Origin: the human T2T-CHM13v2.0 reference genome, Homo sapiens | Assembly: GCF_009914755.1 (NCBI RefSeq) | Contig: NC_060926.1 | Length of the DNA: 64,000 nt | Strand: one strand, 5' to 3' | Part shown: positions 40,496-52,925 of the stretch, piece by piece | Position numbering within the stretch: the first letter of the stretch is position 1 | How the letters are laid out: the number at the start of each line of letters is the position of its first letter | Position numbers and translations under genes: made by a program | The notes under the pieces: generated by a model | What the model was told of the DNA's origin: nothing | The model's database searches: none | What the model saw: the letters and a program-made list of their open reading frames with translations, nothing else

Positions 40496-41752
40496 AATTG
40501 CAAGCTGAGGGAAGAAAGGCAGGACTTCAGTATGCTCCTGCCCCCACCCTATGCTGCCTGGGAGGCTGGGGCTGTGGGGTGGGGGCTCCCTCCACCTCTG
40601 AGACCCCTTCCCTTGCCAGTAAGTGCTCTGGGCTTCCCACAGAGAGATAGGAGTGAGAAATCAACTTCCATGGTATTCAGGTGCTGTTACTCACAGCAGA
40701 AATGGATCCCAACAGACCTGAGCCCCTTACCCTTTGGAGTCCTGTAAGGTATGGCCAAGTGCTGTCACCACACCATCTCCCACAGGACCTGCCAACACCC
40801 ACAGGATTCCCTGGGCTTCCTCATTGAGCAACTAAGAGGACCAAGGCCGGGCACTGTTCAGGTGGCCTGCCCAGAGCCAGATGCCATGGGGTGGTTCAGC
40901 CATGGGGCCCTCCACCCTCATTCAGCCTGTCTCCTTAAACGCTTAAATGGCAGCATTTGTAAACTGCTTATTTCTGAGTTCTCTGCAGACATGTTGAAGC
41001 AGAATCACTAGTGACGGGCCCAAGAACATGCATTTTTCCGCAGTCCTGAGTGAGGCTGAGGAGCAGGGCTTGCCTGAGGCAGAGAGGAGAAGTGAGCTTT
41101 CCAAGGCCACGCAGCCAGCTAGGGGCAGAGCTGAGGTCAGAGCCTAGATCAGACCAGATCCCAGGCCATGTTGGCTGGAGCTGAAGTGGGCATTGACTCC
41201 TGGGGCCCCCAGAGCTAGAGGTGGAGGGGCATGAAGGCCTAGGGGCGGTGGCTGGGCTTGGAGGGCTGCCCAGTTGGTGCATTCCAGGCCAGAGCCTGTT
41301 CATCCTGCCATGGGGCAGGGATTGCAAGGCCAACAGAGCACTTGCTGCTCCTCTGGGCAGCTGGGACAGCTTTGCCACACAGCACACACTCTTCCTCCTG
41401 CTGGGAATATCCAAACCCCACTCAGGAAGGTTCCTGCTCTTCAGAGGCTCCTAGTCTTGGCTTCTACTCTGGCCACTGGCTCCGCTCCTGGGCTCTAGGC
41501 TTCTGCTGCTGCTCCCAGGGACTGCCGGCACAGGAGGCTCTTAGTAGTTAGGGGGGAAAACACTAATTTGGGTGAAGAATACCCAGGCCGGACACCCGGC
41601 CCTGCTCTTTCCTTGCCAGGTGGCTTTGGACAAGTCATGCCCTTTCATGGACTTGGGGCTGTACCTCTGGATGGCCTGGGATTTGGACTGGATCATCCAG
41701 AGTTGAAGATGAGAGCTGGTGAGCTCTACTCCCCTTCTCCAGGTGAAGAATC

Positions 41753-41890
41753 TATTCATTCATTCAGTCATTTGACATTCAACAAATATGTATTCAACAC
41801 TGACTTTCTGCCAACTTCTAGGCACTAGGTTACCACAGGGAACAAACCTAGAAGTAATCCTTCCCCCTTTAGAGCTGATGTTCCAGGAGA
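41753..41890 (-). mobile_element. L2 3' terminus
   Basis: attcattcattcag...cattcaacaaatatgtatt...ctaggcact. Confidence 0.75.
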
Positions 41891-41930
41891 CCCATGTGCA
41901 CGGCGTGACATCATTAAGCATTCTGAGATT

Positions 41931-42893
41931 AGATGGATGGATGTGTGGATGGATGAACAGATGAATGGATGAATGGATGGATGGCTGAATGGATGGATAG
42001 ATGGGTGGATGGATAGATGGATAGATGGGTGGATGGATGGATAGATGGGTGGATGGATGGATGGATAGATGGGTGGATGGATGGATAGATGGACAGATGA
42101 ATGGATGGACGGATAGATGGACAGATGAATGGATGGATGGATGGATGGATGGTTGGATGGATGAATGGATGGATGGATGGATAGATGGGTGGATGGATGG
42201 ATAGATGGACAGACAGATGAATGAATGGATGGATGGAGGAATGGATAGATAGGTGGGTGGATGCATAGATGGATAGACAGATGAAAGATGGATGGATGAA
42301 TGGATGGATGATAGATAGATGGATGGACCGATGAATAAATGGATGAAGGAATGGATAGATAGCTAGGTGGATGGATGCGTAGATGGATAGACATATAAAT
42401 GAATGGATGGATGGCAGATGGATGGATGGATGGCAGATGGATGGGTGGATGGTAGATGGATGGATGGATGGATGGATAGATGGACAGAGAAATGAGTGAA
42501 TGAATGGATCAATGGATGGATGGATAGACAGATAGATGGATAGACAGATGAATGAATGGATGGAGGAATGGATAGATGGTGGATGGATGCTTAGATGGAT
42601 AGGCAGATGAATGGATTGATGGGTGGACAGATGGATGGATGGATAGATGGAAAGATATGAGTGAATGGATGAATGAGTAGATGGATGCTAGATGGATAGA
42701 TGGATGGACAGAAGAATGGATGGATTGGTGGATAGATGGACGGGTGGCTAGATGGACAGACAGATGAGTGAATGGAAGAATGGATGGATGGTAGATGGAT
42801 AGATGGATGGACAGATGAATGAATGGATGGATGGATGTGTAGATAGGTGGATAGATGGACAGACAGATGAACCAATGGATGGATGGCTGGATG
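41931..42893 (+). repeat. Complex (GGAT/AGAT/GAAT)n microsatellite, ~960 bp
   Basis: Directly visible; source of the spurious H/P/S/I-rich ORFs. Confidence 0.97.
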
Positions 42894-44569
42894 ACCAGAG
42901 GAAGAAGCCTGCGCCCCAGCTCCCCTCCCTGCAGCTGCATTTCCATCTCAGGACAGAGCTGACTGGTTGGGTCTCCCAGATAGAAAGTGATGGGTCTTCT
43001 GGATAGAAAGGCAGTGGCCTGGCTGAGGCAGGGCTGGGGATGATAGTAGTTGGGCTCTGGGGAGACTTTGGTGATAGATGGGCTCGATGTCAGGGAAGGT
43101 GGCCTGGGAGGAGGTGGTAGGGGATGGGCTGAGTGTTATGGGCACAGGGGACAGAGTTCAACCATGTGAGCCTGACTCTCTTCTGCCTCCATCCAGGTGG
43201 GAGACTCTCTTTGGGTTTGAAAAGTCCCAGTCTGAAATGTGCTGTTTCCCCTGTGCCCTGCCAGGGCCCAGTGTGTTGCGTTCTGGGGACACTGGGTATT
43301 GGTGAGAATGAATCAGGGAGCCATAGTCAGGGGGCTCAGTGCAGGGCAGGGGTGAAAGGAGAACTGCAAGCAAGGGGGCCTGGGAGTAGGGCATTTATTC
43401 GCTATTTGTGGGGGCCATCTCAGAGGGGGTTCCTGGGGGCTGGGGTGGCCTGCTATAGTGCTCAGTCCTCTCAGCAAGTCTGCAGCAAGAAGCTGCTGGA
43501 AGCTGTAATATTCACAGCTGCAGGATGGGCAATCAGCTCTGCTCCCATCTATAGGCCTAGATGTGAGGGCAGAGGAGCACTCAGCCTGCCGAAGGTCTGC
43601 TCAGCTGGGCAGCAGCGGGCAAGATTGGAATTCACTCATCATGCAGCTACTGGGTGCCTGGCTACTGCTGGGAAGCAAGCTGAGGGCAAAGACTGCCCCA
43701 TGGGGGCAAGAGTGGGGCCCAGGCACCCAGGGTACATTGCTGGGTACAGATAACCGTGGTTCAAGGAATGAGCTCCCTTCCCACCCGCCCCTCCCCAGCT
43801 GTCCCTGAGTCACAGGCACCCTTCCCTTTCACTGTCAGGGAGGCTCTGGAGCTGCTTCCTATCCCCCACTGTCCTGTGAGTCACCTCCCCACCCTCCACG
43901 TCCCTCCCACATGGTGCAATCAGCATTCCCGCCTCTCTGCCCACGTAAGTGCTGTCAAAAGGCAGAGGCAATGGGTGGTGGGTGGTCAGGCGGGCAGTGC
44001 CTCTCACCTCCCAGTTCGTCTGTCTTCTGTCAAGTGGGGCTGCGGCAGGGCTGAGAAGACTGTGTTCAAAGCATCCGGAAGGCCTTGGGTTGTCAAGGGC
44101 CCCAGGCAGCACATGAAGCTTTGAAAGGTGCCCCTGCCTTGTGCCTGGGCAGGCTCCTTCCCTGCTCTGGGACCCCATCTTGAGCAGACTCTGGAACCCA
44201 CATTTCCACCATTAAAGTGCATTCCTCCAGCCACTCTGGGTCTCTATTAGAGCCCCTTTGAGATGAAGAGACCTGGGTGGGGAGCATGCGGGGCAGGGGC
44301 CCATCTTCAGTGCTCTGGCATGGGTTCATTCCTCAGGCTGCTCCTGCAGCCACCCCTAGCTGAGGACAATGCCCAGATCCACAGTGGCCTGAGAAGTGCT
44401 CCCAGCAGAGTGAGCAGAGCTGGGCTTCGGTGCTGTCTGCCTTCTGTCCTGCTGCAAGGCTAATCACCTTCTGTTTCTGGGCCTTGAATCCCTTTTACAG
44501 CATGGGGGCTGGATGCTCTTTGAGCTTCCTCCTGGCTTCAATCCTGAATACCGACACCTACTTGTTTGC

Positions 44570-44870
44570 AGTTGTGTGACTTGGTCAAATCGTGTAACCT
44601 CTTGAGCCTCAATTTTATTCTGTGTGAATGAAACAGACAGTGAAAGCCCTGAAGATTAGATTTTTAGATTTTTGATAGAAGAATTGTAACAGCAGTGACC
44701 CCATAGCCCTTTACCATTTGCAAGGTGCTTCAGACAAAATATCTCGCTGGTCCCTCCCAACAATTCCGCCACAAAAGGTGGTATTACTTTCATCCCCAGC
44801 TTACAGTTTGAGGAACGAAGGCCCAGCTATGGGGGCAGGTGCAGAGGTGGGCCTCGCTTCCCGGTCTCAG
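44570..44870. mobile_element. Two MIR fragments in opposite orientation
   Basis: gttgtgtgacttggtcaaat...gagcctcaatttt (+); catccccagcttacagtttgaggaacgaaggcccag (-). Confidence 0.55.
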
Positions 44871-46059
44871 TCTCTGGATGAAGGGCAAGATCCCTGCAGC
44901 TAAGGACGAGGGAGTGGTGGCACAGAAGGTCCGGCCTGCTGGTCTTTCTTTCCCAGCCTGGGGCATCTCTGTGAAGGCCGATGAGTGGCGGCCCCTCCCC
45001 AGGTGCTGGTGCCAGGCAGCGGGGAGCTGCTTCTGACAGCTGTGCAGACAATCATCACTTCTCCATCGCTGCTAATAGCAAGGTTAGCTTGCCGACTCCT
45101 CTGTTTGCCGGGTGCCTCCCACGGACCCAGAGCTTGGAGTTTCTTCATTGCCTGGGGTGGGGCAGGGTGGCAGAGGGGCATCTCTGCTCCCTGGCCCTGG
45201 CTGCAGCCAGCAGCTCCACCCAGGGCCCTGAACTTGGGAGGCGACTGCAGTTCCATGCCTTGGCTCCCAGCACCCCAGGGAAGTACATCTGGGCTCTGGA
45301 ACAGCAGAAACGGCCTCCTGCAAATCTCCTACCCGACACAGGACCAAGTGTGGGAATGCTCTGGTCCAAGGGGCTTTCTCCAACTCTCTGGACCACAGGG
45401 AGCCGGCAGGATGGGGGACAGTCCACCTTCAGATTACACCTTTACCTCTGACTCAGACCCCTTTGCCTCCCAGGCCACCATACGACGTCTCCTGCTTGCA
45501 GATCTGGCCATGCTGGAGGCAAAATGGATCCCCAGCCCCTCAGTTGTGACCCTTCCTAGCTTGTTAAGTTAGTAGAAAACTCAGCTCACAATCTCGGGGA
45601 CTGCTCCTCCCCTGGTTCATCCACAAACCCCAAAGGTTCATGGGATTCCTAAAAGCAGCCTGACAAATTTCCCTCCTGTGGGGAGAAGACCCTGTGGTCT
45701 GGCAGGACCCACTGCCCTTGGCTAGGTGCCCCTTGCTTTGATCCTGGGTCTGGCTCCTGCCTTAGGAGCCTGCAGACCTCTGTGGGGCCACTCCCTGGTG
45801 ACCCACCCAGCCCAGGAAGGATGGACCCCGCAGTGGACAACACTCGGTTCTGTCCATCTCCCTGCCTTGGGGAAGTACTTGCTTGTAGTTTTAATTTACC
45901 TTTGACCCTATGGTGCACTTCTGGAATGTTCCCTCCATGAGGGTGGGGACTTGGTCTTGTTCACGGGGATCTCTCTGGCACCTGGAGCAGCTGCGTAGCC
46001 CAGGGTGCTCAGTCATCGTCTGCTGCCCGAACAGATATGTGCAAGTTTGTCTTCTCACT

Positions 46060-46340
46060 GCTGTTAACATTATTGTATGAGTAATTTTACAAGTTTACCA
46101 TTTTTCTTGTAAGTATAATAAATATCCCACCTTATTGACCCACAGTTCCCCCTCCCAAAACTTGCAAAGTATTTTGGCTGACTTGACTTGTTTACTATGA
46201 TAAATAATGTTGCTATAAACAGCTGTGCACATATAGCTATTTTTCCCTTTGCAATTATGTTTTTGGGAGGAATTCCAAACAGTGGGGTTAGCGGGTCAAA
46301 GGGCATGGCGTATTTATGGTCCTGGATGTGCTGGGACTGC
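46060..46340 (-). mobile_element. L1ME-like fragment
   Basis: ttactatgataaataatgttgctataaaca...aattccaaacagtggggttagcgggtcaaagggcatg. Confidence 0.65.
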
Positions 46341-48059
46341 CGAATTCTCAGCCCCCAGGCCACCCCTGTTTTCCCTGAGGTCTAGCTCTGGGTGAACACC
46401 CACAAAAGTGTCTGTCTGCCCGAGGCTACCCTGGCCTCTGTCTGGCTCCTGCGGTCATGGAGCAGACCTCATGGCGCGGGAGCTGAAGGTGGCCATGGGA
46501 GTTTGAGGAGGGGAAGAGGAGGCAGCTGTGGGAGTTGTGGAGATGGCTTCACGGAGCCAGGAGCCCTGTTCCGGGAGGGCAGTAGGACCCCTCTTCTCCC
46601 AGAGCCCTGGCCTTCTCTTGGATGGCTCTCCTGTCCTGGAGCCATCCCGCCCCCTGCAGCTAAGCTTCTACCCCCAGTCTCTGAGAGGGGGCAGTGCCCC
46701 CTGTAGGCAGGTGTCTTTGGGAGAAGGGAGGGGACCCAGTGCCTCAGCCTACTCCGGACTTTCTCCTGTGGGCCCTGACGTGGTGTCATGTGGGGGAGAA
46801 GTGCCGTGGAAGCTAGCTGCTGAGCAAAAGGTCTTTATCACTGCAGAAAATGTGCCTGAGATTTGCCCGCCTTCTGCCTCCATCCACTGGCTCTGCCCCT
46901 CCTCTGCTGCTGGAGCCCCCTTTCCCCACCATTAGCCCCAGACCTGCAGGCCTGGATGGTTGAAGGGGAGGGGTCCACACTGGCCCCTCATGGGATCTTC
47001 CGGAACCTGGCTCCTACTGGAGGGCAGGGTATCCAGGGTGGCCCCTCCCTAAGTAAATCTTCCCATCCTGGGAAGACCTATTCTCTGTCTGGCGATGCCT
47101 GCATTTTATGGGGACCCCAAGGCTTTCCCCTGCCATGGGGTAGTGTCTTGGAGGTGGGGCCTGCTGTCTGTAAGGGCTGGTGAGCCCCGGCCCAAGCAGG
47201 GCTAGGCAGTGCCCTGTGGCTCAGGCCTCAGTGGCATGGGCGTAGCCCGTGCTGGGAGGGAGGAATGAGACTCCCTGTGTCCCAAGGCTCTCCCTTGGAG
47301 CAGGCTCTCTCTGCTCTCTCTGTACCTCTTGCCCTATCCTTTCTGGCTGCAGGTCCCTAGTGGCAGGAAATTCTGGGAAGCAGTGCAGAAAGAGCACTGG
47401 ACTTGGGCGTTCTCATCCAGTCTCTGTTACCAATGGGCTGTGGGATCCAGCCCCTACCTCAGTCCTCAGCCGGACATTTGCCTGTGGCCTTGTGCAGCAC
47501 CTGCGGCCTTGGCAGGGTGGCTGAGGGTGGCTGAAACCCAGGTTGTGGGAGGATCTGGAAGGAGCCTGGCTCCTGTCTCCCCATGTCCATGTCAGCTCTT
47601 GGCCTGACACCAGGAGACCCTCAGGGTTGGGGGTGTCACCCCCCCTTCCTGCAGCCTCCGCATCCTCCTCCCATGCCCCACTCTGCTTTTCTGCTGGCTG
47701 GTGCAGGAGACAATGGCTGTGGGGCATGTGGGTGCACGTAGGGGGGGCCTGCGTGGCTTGTGTGATTTCCCCAGACAGGCAGGCGTGAGAGGGAGAGGAA
47801 ATTATTCTGTCTAAAATCTCAGAGATGAGTCCTTGAGAGCTGGCAGAGTGACTGCTTCCCGTCTGGGTGGGGAGGCAGGAGACAGGGTGGGCCGTTCCCA
47901 GGGGCAAGAGCAAGGCAGGGGAGGGCCAGTCCTCAGGGAGAATCCCAAGAAGGCCACAGCAGCACAAAGATAAGCCCTCATATTTCCCACGTGTCACCTG
48001 GACAAAGAGCCGTGATGCCCCCCATAACAGCCGGTCCTCACGAGAATCCAGAGAGCTCG

Positions 48060-48200
48060 CTAGGGAGGCAGACATTATGATAACCCAGTTTACAGATGAG
48101 GAAACGGAGGCTCTGGAGGGGTTCATTGACCTGCCTAGGTCACAGAGCCAGCCCGTTAGCGACAGAGCCAGAGCTCGAAACCCAGATCCCGAGGCACATC
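48060..48200 (-). mobile_element. MIR
   Basis: cccagtttacagatgaggaaacggaggctc...gacctgcctaggtcacagagc. Confidence 0.8.
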
Positions 48201-48667
48201 TTCCTCCAAAATGACCACAGAGAGGTGATGTCTCTGAAAGCAAAGCCAGGGACAGCCACCAAGGCAGACAGGGGCCGCAGTTTTGTTCAGGCAGAAAATG
48301 CCAAAGGTGCCACACTCCCACCTCACCCCCACCCGGCCTTCACCCTCAAAAGTGCATCTTTCCTGCTGGAGGAGGGGAAGGGTTGAGCTGGGAAGACATC
48401 TTCCCTCCTGTGACTCTGAGGCCCAGAGGCTGGGCTCGGCAACTCTCTGGGATTCACAGGGCGCCTCCTGCGGGACTTCTACATCTCTGCCATGACAATG
48501 TTTATCTATTTATTGCCACAGAAAAGGAGCCAGATAGCAACAGCTAGAAACTGAACCCTCCATGGACTCTCCCTCCTTCCCTGGCAGCATTCACCTGCAC
48601 AGTGGGAAGTCCTGCAGTGATGGGCCAGGTGAAATGGAGTGGGCAGGGGCTCTTGGTGAGGTGTCAT

Positions 48668-49064
48668 TATGGTAGTCATCCGGGCTGTTCACAGATGTTC
48701 AAGTCTCCTTTACGCCAGGCCCACGGTAGGAGTTGACTTCTCCATCCTTCAATTCAAGTATGGCCATGTGAGTTGCTCTTACCAACAAAATGTGGGTGGA
48801 AGTGGGTGGAATGTCACTTTCAGACAGAAGCCTTAGGAGCCCACATGTGGGCCAGCATGTTCTCTTTCCCTGTCTCTGAGATCCTGGACACACCTGTTGA
48901 GATGAAACTCTGTCAGACTGGGTCACCCAGTGACTGTGATGCCCAGAGCCCTCCTGCTGACTCAGTGGACATACTGCATGTCAGAAATAAACTTCGCTAT
49001 TTTCATTCATTGAAATAGTGGGCTACTTGTTACCTACATAACCCAGCCTATCAGACTCGATGCA
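48668..49064 (+). mobile_element. MLT1I-like solo LTR
   Basis: ggccatgtgagttgctct...aaatgtgggtggaagtg...gaaataaactt...ttgttac...cagcctatc; TSD gtcat / gtcac. Confidence 0.75.
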
Positions 49065-49223
49065 GTCACCAAGCTAGCCAGTAAGATCCCTGCCCAGGAC
49101 TTTAGAAATAGGACCTGCAACTCTCTAGAGGGCTGGGCCCATAAGGTGTAAACCTGGCTGCTGTGTTTTGCACTGTGGGATTGTGGAAGCAGAGAGATCA
49201 TTTTTCAAAGACAGAGAAGGAAG

Positions 49224-49685
49224 TGTTCTGCGCGTGTCTGATTGAAGAGACGCCCTGAACAGGCTAAGTGTGAGCAACAAGGCTGTTTATCCACTGAGAT
49301 GCAAGTGGGCTGAGTCCGAAAAGAAAGTCAGTGGAGGGTTGTGGGAGTGGAGTTAGTTTTATAGGCTTGGAGTAGGTAGTGGAAAGTTACAGTTAGGGGC
49401 AGTTTTTTCGGGCAGGGGAAGAATTTCACAAGGTGCATAGTCACGAGGTGGGGGAGGTCACAAGGCACAATATCACAAGGTGGATGGATTAGTTGGGGCA
49501 GGAACATATCACAATGGTGCAATGCTGCAAGGTCAGTTCATCAGTTAAGGCAGGAACTAGCTGTTTCTTCTTCTTTAGTGGTTCTCCTAGTGCTCCAGGC
49601 TTTGTGACTCCAGGAGGCCTGTACGTGTGGGTCACAGGGGTCATAATGGCTTGACCATGGTGCAGCCCATTCAGAGGACCTTACA
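49224..49685 (-). mobile_element. LTR7C solo LTR (HERV-H group)
   Basis: Minus strand TGTAAGGTCCTCTGA...CCTGCCTTAACTGATG...TTTTCGGACTCAGCCCACTTGCA...TTGTTGCTCACAC...ACA; perfect TSD GGAAG (49219-49223 / 49686-49690). Confidence 0.9.
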
Positions 49686-49874
49686 GGAAGCAGGCACACA
49701 GTAAGGAGACGTGCAGAGCCCTCCCCAGGATTCTCTCCGCTGCCTAAGGTCTGGATGCATAAAAATCCTTGTGTCCCGGGAAACTCTTCCCCTTTTCTTA
49801 GACAAGCTTGGGTTGGTTTAGGTTGCACTCAACCACGCGTCCTAATCCAGAGTAAAAGGGGACATGGGAGAAGC

Positions 49875-49945
49875 CTCCTTCTTACAGATGAGGCACTGAG
49901 GCTCAGAGTGGCCAGGCGCCTTGTTCAAGATCATAGGGCCTTTGA
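49875..49945 (-). mobile_element. MIR core
   Basis: ttacagatgaggcactgaggctcagag...cttgttcaagatcatag. Confidence 0.7.
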
Positions 49946-51289
49946 GGACTAATGCTCGCCTGCTCCCTTTCTAGTGAAATAATCCAAACAGTAAAGATCC
50001 ATTGTGAGTCCTCCCTCTCCCTCTCCTCTCCTACTCTCCAGAAGTAGCCACTCTTAGTAAGAGTTTGATGGGGTTTGTATCAGACCTTTTAAAAAAGGTG
50101 TTTATCAACATATATGTATACAATATTCATACAGTTATATTGGAAAATGGGATATTGACCTCATTTTTCTGAAATTCACTTTTTTTCACTCTTCAGATTG
50201 TCAATATTGCCAAATTCTAACTGTGCCTGGTGAATCTGGTGATGTATCTGGGAGGGAAGTGGTGATTAAGGTCGGGGCCACCTTGAGACCTCGTGTGTCC
50301 AGCCTCAAAGGACTGAGGTCAGAAAATCCTCCGGGCAGGGCTGAGACTTAGAGTCAGGGTGGAGCCTTCCAGGAAGTGGTGCAGCCCCTCTGGGTGGCCG
50401 GCCCCTCTGGCTAGCTCTGACCTGGAGGAGTTCAGCCTTTGGTTTCAGTAAAATCTGCTACCCTGTGGAATCCTCCCACTGGCCTGTTATCTCCCCCTTA
50501 ATTTCTGGGGCAAATTGCATTAAATGCTTTCCTTCCTCCCACAGTGGGCCAGGCAGGAGAGAGGCTGTTAGCTGCAGGCTAGGGAGTGTAGCCCCGGATT
50601 CTCACCTGGCAACCCCAGTAATGAGCACTGCAGAGACAGCCACAGACACCCTTATTGACCAGGAAGAAGTCAGGAGCCCAAAGGCAGAGAACCAAGGGCT
50701 GTGGGCCTGGAGAGAACCCAGGGAAGCCTAGACAGCCAGAGGCAGGCAGGCAATTAAAGGAGGGGATGGAGTTTTCAATTAACAGCTCTTCTGCTAGAAG
50801 CAGGTAATTAGCGGATTAGCAAGGCTGTTAGCAAGGCTGCTTGCTGCCAGTGAGGAACCTGGCAGGTGCTGCCTTGGAGAAGGAGGACCAGACTCCAGAT
50901 TCCACAGGAAGGAAAGGACTCTTCGGAGGCAGGATCCTGAGGGCAGCTGAGAGTCATGGGACTCAGCAGGGACACAGTGAGCAGGCTGGAAGGGCGGGAG
51001 GCAGGCCAGAGGGGATGGGGCAGTATAATCCCACTGTCCCCTGGCCTCGCAGGGTCCCTGGTTTGCAGAGCCCTCCTTGCCTGGGATGGGCTAAGGAGGC
51101 AGTGTATGAGAATATCTGGGGGTCATGGTGTTGACACCCCTGGAATTGGCACATTACTACACAGCTCACACGTTTTCACAGTGGTTTAGGGGGGAAGCTG
51201 CATAAGGCGGGGCTGACAGCAAGGACTTTGACATTAGACACGCTTCAGTTAAGCCTCGCTCCCACTTCCCAATCTAGGGGACTAGGGGA

Positions 51290-51593
51290 TCCTCAGACAG
51301 CCCAGATGTTCCTCAGACTACTCAGCACCTTTCTAGTTAGGCAGGATCATGCCAAATTCTAAAGAAGCCAGTACGCACCTCCATCTGTGTCTTCCCCTGC
51401 CAGGAAGTTGGCAGAGGCCACTGTTCCAGACAGCAGAGCCTCAATCAGCCTGAATCCCTGAGCGACCTGCATGGAGCAGATTCCCTCGCCAGCCCCCATG
51501 AGTGGGAGTGAGAGGTAAACTACTGCGTTAAGTTATGAGATGTTTAGAGCTGTGTGTTACAGCAGCATAACCAAGCCTACCCTGACTATTACA
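51290..51593 (+). mobile_element. MLT1I/J-like LTR remnant within a MIR
   Basis: 3' end gagatgtttagagctgtgtgttacagcagcataaccaagcctaccctgactattaca; MIR halves on both sides. Confidence 0.65.
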
Positions 51594-52925
51594 CAGGGTC
51601 AACCTCACCTTTGTAAAATGGGTAAGAATGATACCACCTGGAATGATTATTGTGAGGTTGAGTGAGAGGATATATGACTTGGCTGAAGGGTACACTTAGC
51701 TCCTGGACCCCACACCCTCTCCAAAAGCAAGGAATGTTGCCATGGACCAAGAGCCAAGCCCAGGGACATTTGATTGGCCACTTCTAGCAGAAGAACTCCT
51801 GTAATGCTTAGCAAAGTGTTAAAGGTTGAACACACAGGGGAGGGGCCTGACCTGTAATGCTTAGCAAAGTGTTTAAGGGTTGAGCACACATGGGGAGAGG
51901 ATGGTGGAGGCCTGGGCTGTGCCCTCTGGAAAGGCTTGGCCAGCTCCCTCTCTCTGGCTTCTCCAGTTCTCTTTTGTCCCCAGTATGGGGAGAGAGGCTG
52001 GGGGCTGCTACCCCAAGTCTTGCTGGCTGGAGCCATGAGCATTGCTTGTGGTGGTGCTGGGCTCTGGGAGGGCTTCCCTTGGTTCTTGAAGGCCCCATGC
52101 CATAAGTGACTCTTGTGACCCCATTAGCAGCACAACTTTCCCTCTGCCCCCTCTGTCCCATAGCAGCCTCCAGCTTTGCCTCCTGTCCTGCCACACCTGG
52201 ATCCTACCATCTTTCCGTCATAAGCCTCCAGCCTGTCCCCTGAGCTGGCCCCACTTCCCTCCATTTGGGAGAAGCCGTGGAAGCTGCTGACTGTTCTCCC
52301 CTCATTTTTCAGCCTGTTCCCCACTGTTCATGTTTGGTCTACAACATCAAACCCATTTCTTTTTCAGCTGATCTCATTTCTCCTGGAGTTTCTGATGCTC
52401 CGAGTCCAAAGCCTGAACAACCGTATTCTTTTCACTCTCCAAATACGAAGCCCTCTCACCCTGGCTCGGTGGTTGGCTCCCTGCTCTGAGCCAGCTCACC
52501 TGATCCTTTAGAGGAAGAATGTCCCAAGCACAGGCTTTAAAAATGTCCTTCCTAGCTTGTGCATATTCTATTTGCACTTCCCCACTCACTCAAGAAGATG
52601 CCATTTCCCCCACAAAGCTGGGAGCCTTAATGCCCTTCTCCAGCACCCATCCTGCCCACCATGGCTGAGGTCACAGCTCTGGGCTTTGAAATGCACAAAC
52701 ACAATCAGAGGTCAACTCCTGTCATTTGAGGATCCCTGATTAGAAAAGAGCTTGATATACAAGCAGGGTATGTATGGAAATAAAAAAATTAGAAAAAAGA
52801 GAAATAAAACTGGACACACAGATCGGCAGGGGTTAGCGGTCTCCTTGTCACTGTCACAAACAAACCCCTGTTCTGGTTCATGCCAGCCACTGCCACCCTT
52901 ACAACCAAAAGTACAGTCACTAGGC

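Noticed and set aside
41760-42946. 145-189 aa H/P/S/I-rich ORFs
   Set aside because: These are translations of the (ATCC)n strand of the microsatellite.
47413-48321. Longest ORF (302 aa, minus strand)
   Set aside because: It runs through a MIR (LCDLGRSMNPSRASVSSSV is typical MIR translation), and the GC-rich context depletes stop codons. There is no domain similarity.
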